A stretch of DNA of 45,023 nt from Candidatus Saccharimonadota bacterium (lineage in GTDB: Bacteria; Patescibacteriota; Saccharimonadia; Saccharimonadales; AWTP1-31), in assembly GCA_026395435.1 (NCBI GenBank), contig JAPLYT010000013.1, positions 1 to 45,023 of the forward strand, given 5' to 3'. The number at the start of each line of letters is the position of its first letter. The first letter of the stretch is position 1. The translations under genes were made by a program, and so were the position numbers. Shown here in pieces: positions 18,296-27,086 of the stretch. The notes under the pieces were generated by a model, which was given only the letters and a program-made list of their open reading frames with translations, made no database searches and was not told the origin of the DNA.

Positions 18296-19306
18296 TTAAA
18301 TATTTCCGGGTCCGCCGGTTGAGCCACCTTGGCCGCCAATAGTGTCAACACTGGTAGGAGGCGCAGCTGGTGTGCCGTTACCACCGAGGTTTGGATTCTG
18401 TTCAACGCCCGTTGGTGGGGTTGGTACAACAGTTGGGCTGTTTGGGTCAGTGCTAGTCTTGGTTTCTGGAACAGGGGCTACTGGTTGTTCTCCAGGAACA
18501 AAACCTTGTCCGTTTGGAGTTTGGCCTACTGGGCCTACACCTGGACCTGTTGGGCCAGATGCAGCTGTACCGCTTCCACGGTTTTGGCCAGGGACACCAG
18601 CAGGAGTTGTATTCTTGTCGACTTTAGGCGAGACACCTTCGTCTGTTGGACCAGTAGGGAGTCCTGGCACAGGTTTTTCGGTGACCATATTCCCACATCG
18701 TTCCATGATCCAGATAGTACGGCCATCGGGCATCGAGACCTTAATTGCTTTTCGATTTCCGCTAATGCCGTTGTGGCTGGCAAATACGACGGAACCATTC
18801 TGGTCGATACCAGAGTTCGTACCAACTTCTGGTGCTTGGTCTGGGGTGAGATCAGAGAGTGAGAGTGTGGTATCGAGTTGAGCTCGAAGTGTTTCGGCCT
18901 TATCGCTGGCACATGCACCTGATGCATCTACCAAATCGGCTGGATTAACGTCAGCGTTAAGTATAACTTTTGATACGCCAGAAAGTGTTGCTGGTGACCC
19001 AGCAACAATTCCGAGCCATTCTTGCTGGATGGCTTCTCGCGCATCAGCAGGAGTTTGTGCGTCTCGGATAGAAGCGAGACCTTCACTGACAAAACGATGA
19101 TCGCTTGTAGTTAGTTGCTTAATCTCCCAAGATTGGGCGCAAGCTTCCTGCGAGGTAGCGACTTCAACGGTAGTAGTCGTGGCAGAATTATGAGTACTTT
19201 CTTTTGGACTATCGCTACAACCAGCTACGAGGCCTAATGCGGCTATTGTAGCAGCGGCTGCAACTTGTCGAGTTCGGTCGGCAAAATTTACGAGTTGTTC
19301 AGACAT
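18296..19306 (-). CDS. Putative lipoprotein with Pro/Gly/Thr-rich C-terminus
   Basis: Start moved to the ATG at 19306 (AGGGAG upstream); hydrophobic stretch ending LVAG-C (lipobox-like); low-complexity tail. Confidence 0.6.
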   Translation of the reverse strand: MSEQLVNFADRTRQVAAAATIAALGLVAGCSDSPKESTHNSATTTTVEVATSQEACAQSWEIKQLTTSDHRFVSEGLASIRDAQTPADAREAIQQEWLGIVAGSPATLSGVSKVILNADVNPADLVDASGACASDKAETLRAQLDTTLSLSDLTPDQAPEVGTNSGIDQNGSVVFASHNGISGNRKAIKVSMPDGRTIWIMERCGNMVTEKPVPGLPTGPTDEGVSPKVDKNTTPAGVPGQNRGSGTAASGPTGPGVGPVGQTPNGQGFVPGEQPVAPVPETKTSTDPNSPTVVPTPPTGVEQNPNLGGNGTPAAPPTSVDTIGGQGGSTGGPGNI

Positions 19307-19551
19307 TATATATATCTCCCTGTGAGTGCTCAAATGAGACTCTTATATTTGTTACGAACGGTACGAAATATCCACCTCTCGTTAATGTGTTTAACTTTAC
19401 CACATGCATACGCTTATGTCAATACTTTCTACAATAATAACTCAATAAACACAAGCGTTTTGAGTGCTTGTGTTAACTTCGGTAAATCAGGGTAGAGAAA
19501 TACCAAAAAGACCGCAAATCAATCGATAGCGGTCATTCTGTCCACAATTAG

Positions 19552-21747
19552 TTATTTAGCTGGTTTTGGGTCAACTTTTGTATCTGTGGTTGTGTGAGGC
19601 AAGATGGTCGAATTCTTCGGTAAAGTAAAGCCGAAGGTGCTTCCCTTACCCTCTTGGCTGGTGAAGATGATTGCTCCACCTTGGGCAACAACCACCTTTT
19701 TGGCCATAAAGAGCCCCAAGCCGGTACCATCTGGTCGTGCCCGACGGGCATTATTGGCCCGGAAGAACTTCGTAAACAGGTTATGTTGTTCAGATTTCGG
19801 CACTCCCAGCCCATCGTCCACCACGGTAAATTCGATAGAATTACCCAAATCTTGCAGTGAAACCTTAATATTTCCATCTTTAGGGGTGTAATGAAGGGCA
19901 TTATCGGTAAAGTTCATGATAACTTGGCGCATTTTGGTCTCATCGAGCATCAAATCGATGAATTTAGCCGGCTTAGCGTATGTAAGGGTCTGATTTTTAC
20001 CTGCAGCAGCCTGTTTGAGCTGTTCGATCTCGGCTTCAACCACATCTGCCAGGTTAGTTTGCTTGTTTTCGATCACAAACTTACCCGTACGTAAGCGAGA
20101 AACGTTCAAGAGGTCGGCAATGAGGTATACCATGCGTTGAGAACTCATAAATGCCTGATCCAACAGCTCTTTCTGCTGTTTGTTGAGCTTTCCAGCGTCA
20201 CCTTCCACAACCATGCTCACATAGCCCTTAACAGCGGTCAGAGGGGTCCGTAGCTGGTGAGAGGCCATACTAATGAACTCATCCTTTGTTTCATCCAGTG
20301 CCTTAAGCTTCTCGTTGGTACGGCGTAACTGCCGAGTGGCGTCATTGACCTTTTCCTGCAAGGTGACGGTAAATGCTTCGATTTCTTCAAATCGCATCGC
20401 ATTTTGGACAGCAATTACGAGTTCGTTGGCGATTATGTCCAAAACCTGCAAATCTTGCTTGTTATAAGGGTTTCCACTCTGTTTACTGCCCAGTGCTAGA
20501 TAACCTAGAGCAATCGTATCCTTCCCTGTTGGCGCCAATCGTGCCAAGACAGAAATCTTATTCTTTGAAAGCACCGCCTTGATCTTGCCATGAGATTCAT
20601 CCAACTCATCAGCAACGATTATCATATCTAAATCTTGATTATGAGCTGTTAATTCGCTTATTTGGTCGTCATCCAGCTCCACTTTCTTTGAGCCAATCAC
20701 CCTTTTCGATGATCCTTCTACTTCTTTGATGATAAATGCGGCATATTCAGCCTTCAACGTGCCTTCCAGCAGCTCAGATGTCTGCCGCAACAGGGGTTGC
20801 AGATCGATATTCCCCACCAAAACCTTGTTGAGTTTATCGAGTAAATCCTGAGAATCATAGGCATCTCGATAAAATAGCCTGTTGGTAAGCTTATCGAAAA
20901 ACTTCCGAAGTGGCTGCAACGTAAACCCAAACACCAGCGTCCCAGCGAAGTAAAACGCCTGCTGCAACGTAGTCAACTTCGAAGCACCCAACAACGATGA
21001 CGATATACCAAATATTGCAATGACATAAATACCGATGAGGGTCCCAAGTGTTAATATATACCCCATGGCCCGTGCAACAATAAGGCGAATGTCAAATAAC
21101 TTATGCTTCACGATCGTATAGCCAACCATTCCAATAAGCAAAAGTGAGAATATTGGGCCAAGTCTGGAGCTGGACCAGTTATCTACATAAAGTGGAAGTA
21201 GGATGTTTGAAATCACAGCCAGAGAGGCGTAAAGCATAATACCACAAGCCACTAACTTTAATTGAAGTTTCTGACTAAAATTTAGACCACTTTTAAATTG
21301 TTTATAGATTACGAAAATAAAAAGTATGATTGAAAATACTGTGTAGGCTAAAAATACATTATATAAATACGAAGTTACGATCTCGTCTCTCGTGACTTTT
21401 TGTATAAATTTATTTGTAAAAACTAAAGGCAGTAATATTAAAGTGAATATTCTATATAACTTTACCACCGTAGTTTTACCCACGCCCGAGTCGATTGGGA
21501 AAATACATAAGAAGTTGACAATTGATGTGGCGGTGAGAATGCCGGTGAAAAACACCATTCGAGTTACTATGTCGCTTGTGAGGAATACCACCGAAAGATA
21601 ATTAAATACAGTCCATGCAATAATTGAAAATGCGAGCAATCCGAATAGCCTATTGATCTTTAATTTAGGATTTCGAATGAGAATCAATAAACCTACGATT
21701 AGCATTGCGAAGGTGCTGACTGCCATTATAATAAAATCAAATTTCAT
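19552..21747 (-). CDS. Sensor histidine kinase: multi-TM (7TM-type) N-terminal sensor, GAF, HisKA, HATPase_c
   Basis: EFISMASHQLRTPLT (H box), NFTDNALHYT (N), DDGLG (G1), LFTKFFR (F), GTGLGL (G2); hydrophobic N-terminal ~290 aa. Start placed at ATG 21747. Confidence 0.93.
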   Translation of the reverse strand: MKFDFIIMAVSTFAMLIVGLLILIRNPKLKINRLFGLLAFSIIAWTVFNYLSVVFLTSDIVTRMVFFTGILTATSIVNFLCIFPIDSGVGKTTVVKLYRIFTLILLPLVFTNKFIQKVTRDEIVTSYLYNVFLAYTVFSIILFIFVIYKQFKSGLNFSQKLQLKLVACGIMLYASLAVISNILLPLYVDNWSSSRLGPIFSLLLIGMVGYTIVKHKLFDIRLIVARAMGYILTLGTLIGIYVIAIFGISSSLLGASKLTTLQQAFYFAGTLVFGFTLQPLRKFFDKLTNRLFYRDAYDSQDLLDKLNKVLVGNIDLQPLLRQTSELLEGTLKAEYAAFIIKEVEGSSKRVIGSKKVELDDDQISELTAHNQDLDMIIVADELDESHGKIKAVLSKNKISVLARLAPTGKDTIALGYLALGSKQSGNPYNKQDLQVLDIIANELVIAVQNAMRFEEIEAFTVTLQEKVNDATRQLRRTNEKLKALDETKDEFISMASHQLRTPLTAVKGYVSMVVEGDAGKLNKQQKELLDQAFMSSQRMVYLIADLLNVSRLRTGKFVIENKQTNLADVVEAEIEQLKQAAAGKNQTLTYAKPAKFIDLMLDETKMRQVIMNFTDNALHYTPKDGNIKVSLQDLGNSIEFTVVDDGLGVPKSEQHNLFTKFFRANNARRARPDGTGLGLFMAKKVVVAQGGAIIFTSQEGKGSTFGFTLPKNSTILPHTTTDTKVDPKPAK

Positions 21748-21872
21748 ACTACAATTTTCTAAGGAACCTATTATGCTTAACTTCAATATAAATCATATCA
21801 AATAAAATGGTTTTAACGCAGAAGAAACACCAAAGTATACAAATTAAATAATAAACCTGTATTATTACTATA

Positions 21873-22775
21873 ATGATTAAATCGTTCCCTGAATTCACAA
21901 AGATCACGATCGATCTTAAGCAAGAAATATCAGAATACACTAAAAAATACGAGCTATATTCTGACTTTAGTTTTGCGAATCTATTCTCGTGGAATACCGA
22001 TGACAAAGCTGGCGTTTGTTGGCTAAATGGAAATCTAGTAGTAAAGCTACCCGACTACGTTTATGGAGGCGAGCATCTATACTCCATTCTTGGTCACCAG
22101 CGGATAGATGAATCAGTAGCAGAAATTCTTAAAATTGCTGGTAGATTAGACCTAGTGCCAGAAGTGGTAATTGGCCATATGGAGAACCCTGAGATATATG
22201 CAATAGCAGAAGATAGGGATAGTTTTGATTACGTTTACTATGTAGAAAGACTTCGTGAACTCAATGGGTCTAAATTAAAAAACAAAAGACAAAAGGTGCA
22301 CCATACTAAAAATGATTTGGGCGACCGCTTAACTTTTGAAAACATTAATAAGCTCAATAAGGAGCTACAGGTTGAAATGCTGGAAGTTCTCAGTAAATGG
22401 CAGAAACAAACTCCCCAACCAGCGGACCATACACGACTTGAACAAATTGCAATTAATAGATTATTTTCCCATATCGATCACTTCGAACTCCATATCACCA
22501 CAGCAAGAATTGATGGTAAACTAGCTGGCTTTTCCATACATGAGACAATTGATGATAAAAATTATATTTGCCATTTCGAGAAAGCAATTTTGGATGAGCA
22601 TGATGGCATATATGCTGTGCTCATTAATGAAGCCGCAAAATCATTAGATAGTTCTGGTCAAAAAAATGTCAACTGGGAACAAGATTTAGGAATCCCAGGA
22701 CTAAAACAAATTAAGCGTTCCTACGCCCCATATAAATTCCAGAAGAAATATTGGGTAAGTTCAGGAATATCTTAA
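21873..22775 (+). CDS. DUF2156 / phosphatidylglycerol lysyltransferase C-terminal-like (aminoacyl-tRNA-dependent GNAT-fold) protein
   Basis: SDFSFANLFSW, DRDSFDYVY...L.EL.G.KLKNKR, HFEKA, NWEQDLGIPGLKQIKRSYAP: characteristic DUF2156 motifs; no membrane domain. Confidence 0.85.
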   Translation: MIKSFPEFTKITIDLKQEISEYTKKYELYSDFSFANLFSWNTDDKAGVCWLNGNLVVKLPDYVYGGEHLYSILGHQRIDESVAEILKIAGRLDLVPEVVIGHMENPEIYAIAEDRDSFDYVYYVERLRELNGSKLKNKRQKVHHTKNDLGDRLTFENINKLNKELQVEMLEVLSKWQKQTPQPADHTRLEQIAINRLFSHIDHFELHITTARIDGKLAGFSIHETIDDKNYICHFEKAILDEHDGIYAVLINEAAKSLDSSGQKNVNWEQDLGIPGLKQIKRSYAPYKFQKKYWVSSGIS

Positions 22776-23578
22776 TATTTAATACTTGGCAATATTAAGG
22801 CCATACCTTGAAACAAATCATGTGTTTCTTGCGTAAGTTCAATTGCAACCGGCTTAGAAACAATCCCTAGTTCGCCTTCTTCTGTACTGAATTCATCTCT
22901 TCCCATAAGATTTTGGACACTTACGCCCACACGCTCAAAAGAATTAATTTGGCTCTCATTAATAGTCGCAAATGCAACCGTACTCCCTACTTTTGACCCG
23001 TTTCCTATTACTGTATTCACAACTGTTAGGTATGTAAGTTCGGCAGTACCCAGACCATTAAATGGCTCGAAATCCGGATCTAACTTAAAGTTCGTTTCAA
23101 CGGCTATTGATTCACGCATATTAACTCCGTGTTCATCATAGAAATCATAGAAATCAGCGAGGCTAAAATTACCACGCGAGATAAGGCTGTCAATTGTGTA
23201 CACGCCAGTAATTTGTGGGTCTTGGTCAGATTCTGGACGTTCACGTGGCCACATAATCGATGCGGCATGTGCAATCACACCATCATCCTCTCTTGTATCG
23301 ACTATCACTAAGTAATCCTGATTTAGGTCGTACAGAGGATCAACATCGCCGGCTTCAGACCAAATACGAGCTTCGTGAGTTCTGGCAAAATTTGAATACG
23401 GATGGCCTGCGCTTATCCACGCTACAGAAACAGTATTGCCAAACGCATCACGTGCTTGATCACATACACCTGCCTCAATCTGAGATATTTCTAGGTCACT
23501 CAAGTCAAATCTTGACTCAAATGCAGGACTTCCGGGGTTCTCTGTTTGATTAACTGGCATGGCGTCATCTATATGCAT
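22772..23578 (-). CDS. Hypothetical acidic protein, possibly acyltransferase (GNAT/FeeM/LuxI-like) fold
   Basis: 268-aa ORF. The pattern ARTHEARIW...YLVIVD...AHAASI...IAVETNF...FATIN...SFERVG loosely fits an acyl-CoA N-acyltransferase fold; the fold call is tentative. Confidence 0.45.
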   Translation of the reverse strand: MHIDDAMPVNQTENPGSPAFESRFDLSDLEISQIEAGVCDQARDAFGNTVSVAWISAGHPYSNFARTHEARIWSEAGDVDPLYDLNQDYLVIVDTREDDGVIAHAASIMWPRERPESDQDPQITGVYTIDSLISRGNFSLADFYDFYDEHGVNMRESIAVETNFKLDPDFEPFNGLGTAELTYLTVVNTVIGNGSKVGSTVAFATINESQINSFERVGVSVQNLMGRDEFSTEEGELGIVSKPVAIELTQETHDLFQGMALILPSIKY

Positions 23579-23584
23579 AATATA

Positions 23585-24331
23585 TTATATGTTATCACGA
23601 TTATCGACAGCATATTTATTCTTTATTTTTTTAACAACTGCAGCACCAAATGCAAAAACACCTAAAATTGGTCCAACAATTTTTGGCTCAGTCATATTAG
23701 TTAAACCCTCGGCTATCAAGAATCCTTGCAGAGAGGTTGCACCAATTAGCCATGACGTCGTAAAAAGCCCTTTCCTCAAAAGTTGTTCTTGGTCAAGCAT
23801 TAGGTCTTCCCGTTTTTTAACCTTCATAACCGCAGGGGCACCGAGTTCGAGACCGACTAATGCTTCTACGACAGGCGGCATCACTGCGTCTTCGGAGATT
23901 ATTTTTCGTGCAAATTTGCTGTCCAATAATTTATCAATTAACTTTAGAGCGGTACTTCCTTTGGGATGTGTGAGTAGATGCGACGCTGCATAAACCGCAC
24001 CACCCTCAACCAATCCAGTTGAAAGCCCTAAGGATCCCGCACTTAAATATGGGTTCTTTGTTGATGCTAAAACAGTTCCAAAGACTGCCCCATAACGCAA
24101 TGCTCCACCAATGAACGGCGCTGCTTCGGCTACAATAACAGCTTCTCTAGCATATTCACGCCATGTTCTATTTGTATTCGATTCATCATTAATGAGTGGG
24201 TCAGTTGGAATGATTTCGGTTTGAGGTCTAGTCAAGGCATCAAAATCCTCACCAAAATATTCTGCACGAATAGCAGAGACTAAAACTTCTGGATTGTTGA
24301 TAAGTGGAGCAATCGTTTGGTCTAATTCCAT
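23585..24331 (-). CDS. Hypothetical multi-pass membrane protein
   Basis: Several Gly/Ala-rich hydrophobic helices. Start placed at ATG 24331, 6 nt after a TTGATA-N17-TACAAT promoter (alternative ATG 24337). Confidence 0.6.
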   Translation of the reverse strand: MELDQTIAPLINNPEVLVSAIRAEYFGEDFDALTRPQTEIIPTDPLINDESNTNRTWREYAREAVIVAEAAPFIGGALRYGAVFGTVLASTKNPYLSAGSLGLSTGLVEGGAVYAASHLLTHPKGSTALKLIDKLLDSKFARKIISEDAVMPPVVEALVGLELGAPAVMKVKKREDLMLDQEQLLRKGLFTTSWLIGATSLQGFLIAEGLTNMTEPKIVGPILGVFAFGAAVVKKIKNKYAVDNRDNI

Positions 24332-24463
24332 TGTCATATTGTACCATTTTTTTGTTATTTTATCAAGGGTACTTTTCGTTTTATTGGTTAAATCCAAAAA
24401 GTGTAAATTTTGCAGCATAAGTGGCTTGCGCAAGAGGGGTGAAGTGGCGTATCATCAGAGCTT

Positions 24464-24832
24464 GTGCAGAAAAAAATAGCAATAGTTGAAGACGACAGAC
24501 CTATTGCTGAAATGTACAAGTTTAAGCTTGAATCTGCTGGATTCAAGACTTGTGTTGCTTCCAACGGCGTTGAGGGACTTGTAGTAATTGAAGAGCAAAG
24601 CCCGGATTTGATTTTGCTTGATTTACGGATGCCGGTAATGAGCGGCGACGAGATGCTCGAGAAATTGCGTCAGACTGAATGGGGTGCTCCAATTCGTGTC
24701 ATCATTTTGACAAACATTAGTAGAGATGAAGCCCCTCGTGCACTTGGGTTATTGAACGTGGATCGATATATCGTCAAAGCACATCACACGCCACAACAAG
24801 TTCTCGACATAATTAACGAAGTACTATTATAA
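24464..24832 (+). CDS. Single-domain response regulator (receiver)
   Basis: IAIVEDD, PDLILLDLRMPVMSG, ILTN, YIVK; GTG start. Confidence 0.92.
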   Translation: MQKKIAIVEDDRPIAEMYKFKLESAGFKTCVASNGVEGLVVIEEQSPDLILLDLRMPVMSGDEMLEKLRQTEWGAPIRVIILTNISRDEAPRALGLLNVDRYIVKAHHTPQQVLDIINEVLL

Positions 24833-24899
24833 AGTTTTCTTTTTGAAAAATACCTTATACTGGAGTATGTTGTAATTACTAACTTAGGAGGGCCATGGT

Positions 24900-25073
24900 A
24901 TGAATGAGCAACTACGAATTAATCTAGCAGAAACTGCAGATGTGGCATTAACGTCACAAAATTTAGGTAGGATAACAATTCTTGAAGCACTTGCAATAGA
25001 ATCCGATCTAATTTCCATAGATGGAATGGGGCGTTGCACTCCTGATGGTACAGGCGTCGACTTCGATGACTAA
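24900..25073 (+). CDS. Putative ATP-grasp RiPP (graspetide) precursor, 57 aa: MNEQLRINLAETADVALTSQNLGRITILEALAIESDLISIDGMGRCTPDGTGVDFDD
   Basis: Manually translated (below the ORF-track cutoff); AGGAGG at 24886-24891, 8 nt before the ATG; C-terminus with Cys/Thr nucleophiles and D-F-D-D acids; ATP-grasp ligase two genes downstream. Confidence 0.7.
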   Translation: MNEQLRINLAETADVALTSQNLGRITILEALAIESDLISIDGMGRCTPDGTGVDFDD

Positions 25074-25105
25074 ACTTAGTACTTAATTAATACATAGGCG
25101 ACAGT

Positions 25106-25756
25106 ATTATAAAAACCTATTATAAATTTCCAGAATATCGAAAGGAACTTATTGATCTTGCCAATAAAGATCAGCTTGATTTACGCTCGAAATTACACGT
25201 TCTAAACCAAATTTCGGATAAGAAAATTAGGCAGTCTAAACTCGATGGGCTCTACTATGACTGTCACATGCGTGCGCTTCGTATGCAGGAGATAATGCTT
25301 AAAATAAAAGCACCAAGTATTGAGTCGATCGGGACCGATGGTTGCGAGGCGATATTATTACTTGCGCAACATTCATACCTAAGCTGCATGAAAGAAGTGC
25401 TGAGTATATTTCTAGAACAACACGCCAATAATTTAGATTCTGTGCCGATAATTCATTTACCTTCATTACAAGACAGAATTATGGTCTTCGAAACTAGAAA
25501 ACAGCATTACGGTACGCAGTGGAAACAAGATCCTAAAAGTGGTCAAATATATCTTATTGAAATGGATGATTTCAATTTTGTTAATGATCGGCGTGCGATA
25601 TTTGGATTAAAAAAGATCAGAAGACCCGTAAATCTTGCTAAAGGAGCGGTTAAATATCCTTTGGGAAAAGGGCTGGCAAAAGAAAGTGATCAAAAAGCAT
25701 TGTCTGCTGAGGCCTACAAGGAAATGACCAGATACGCGAAGTGTCTGGTCATTTAA
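25106..25756 (+). CDS. DUF6624-like protein
   Basis: LLAQHS, LQDRI...KQHYGTQW, VNDRRAIFGL motifs. The frame is open from 25091 and encodes the expected ELIDLANKDQLDLR segment before the first ATG (25268), so the start is uncertain (ATT/ATA at 25106/25109). Confidence 0.65.
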   Translation: MIKTYYKFPEYRKELIDLANKDQLDLRSKLHVLNQISDKKIRQSKLDGLYYDCHMRALRMQEIMLKIKAPSIESIGTDGCEAILLLAQHSYLSCMKEVLSIFLEQHANNLDSVPIIHLPSLQDRIMVFETRKQHYGTQWKQDPKSGQIYLIEMDDFNFVNDRRAIFGLKKIRRPVNLAKGAVKYPLGKGLAKESDQKALSAEAYKEMTRYAKCLVI

Positions 25757-25765
25757 ATCTGTTTT

Positions 25766-26518
25766 ATGGAAAAATCTATACTTATAGCGGCGTCAAACTA
25801 CGATGAACATGCCTATGGACCAGTAACCGCTATTTTAGATTCAAAAGGTTTCAATGTAGTTACCTACTTAACCGACAAAGCACTTTCGGGCGAAGATGAT
25901 TTCCATGTTTATGTGAATGAGGATGCAGAGGTGCAATTGGCGTACAATGGGCAGCCTATTGATGTCGAAAATATTGGAGCCGCCTGGTTTAGAAAATTAT
26001 TGGCTTTTGAGCCGATCACAAGCGATCCAACTAAAAAACTATATATCAATTCAGAAATATTACACCTACATGATACTATTTGGGATTTATATCCCGACAA
26101 TCTTTGGTTAAACTCTCCAAATAATATTAAAAGGGCTGATCGAAAAATTAGACAGCTTCAGGTCGCGAAGTTAGCTGGTTTTACTATCCCGCCGACAATA
26201 ATATCAAGCACCTGGGAAAATATTGAACAAAATTTAATGCCAAATTATGATGAGGATATTATTGTAAAGACTATTCGGGGGATAATCAATGATGAAGAGA
26301 CAATAAAAGCCCATTTTACAACTGTACTGACGCACGAGCAAATACTGGCTATGAAAAACAGCGTGTCCCCCTATTTAGGACTTTACCAGCCTTTCATAGA
26401 TAAATTAAGGGAGTGGCGTGTCACCGTTGTGGGCAATGATGTACATTCTGCGTCCATAGAGACTGATCTTGCGGCAAAAGATCCGTATCTTGCCAACTTT
26501 TACCCCCTAGTTTTTTAA
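25766..26518 (+). pseudogene. MvdC/MvdD-like ATP-grasp peptide ligase, C-terminally truncated
   Basis: AAWFRK, WLNSP...ADRKIRQLQVAKLAGFTIPPTIIS, IIVKTI, YQPFIDKLREWRVTVVG. Similarity ends at ...AAKD (~26482); the D...FLE.NP.GQW metal-binding end is missing. Confidence 0.8.
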
Positions 26519-26885
26519 ACAGCTTCGAACTCTTCTCATTAGCAAAAGCGAGTATTAGTGAAGGTCGTAGTTCTTGGCTGACTTTTGAGACTACCTTACG
26601 GGTTAGCTCTGATCCTATTTTATGCCCTCGTAGATCAGGGTTAACGACCAACGCACCGAATTCAACGACATCACTGGAATAAATTACTGACACAGCAGCA
26701 TAACCTGCAAGTTCATTGTCTAGATACGCACACGTCGACAGATGATGACGAGCAAGGCTCTCATAACTTAATGGGATCATTTCATCGGGCCTATTTGACC
26801 ACTCAATTAAATTGTGTACGTCTTGGTCCGATTCGAGATCAAGATCTCTAAACACAAGTCCAGATTCATGTCCAAAATTATTCAT
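26421..26885 (-). CDS. GNAT family N-acetyltransferase (3' end overlaps the ATP-grasp gene)
   Basis: EFGALVVNPDLRGHKIGSEL (acetyl-CoA motif A), ANEKSSKLFKKLG. Confidence 0.8.
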   Translation of the reverse strand: MNNFGHESGLVFRDLDLESDQDVHNLIEWSNRPDEMIPLSYESLARHHLSTCAYLDNELAGYAAVSVIYSSDVVEFGALVVNPDLRGHKIGSELTRKVVSKVSQELRPSLILAFANEKSSKLFKKLGGKSWQDTDLLPQDQSLWTQNVHHCPQR

Positions 26886-27086
26886 ACATATCTTTCTATC
26901 TACAAATTTTATATCACTGTTTTGTTTTTTAAGCTAGCATATTCTTACGATTACTCTAAATTCATAGCGAGTTTGTATTATTGATTTCTTTTTGTCAGGT
27001 ATTTACTAAAAGAAAGCTACTTTTAACGCCCCATAATACAGCTCAATCCAATTGTGTTTTAAGCTAAATTACACTACTATTGCTAC

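Noticed and set aside
18329-18927. Three long overlapping ORFs (177, 179 and 130 aa)
   Set aside because: Shadow frames of the GC-rich Pro/Gly-coding tail of 18296-19306.
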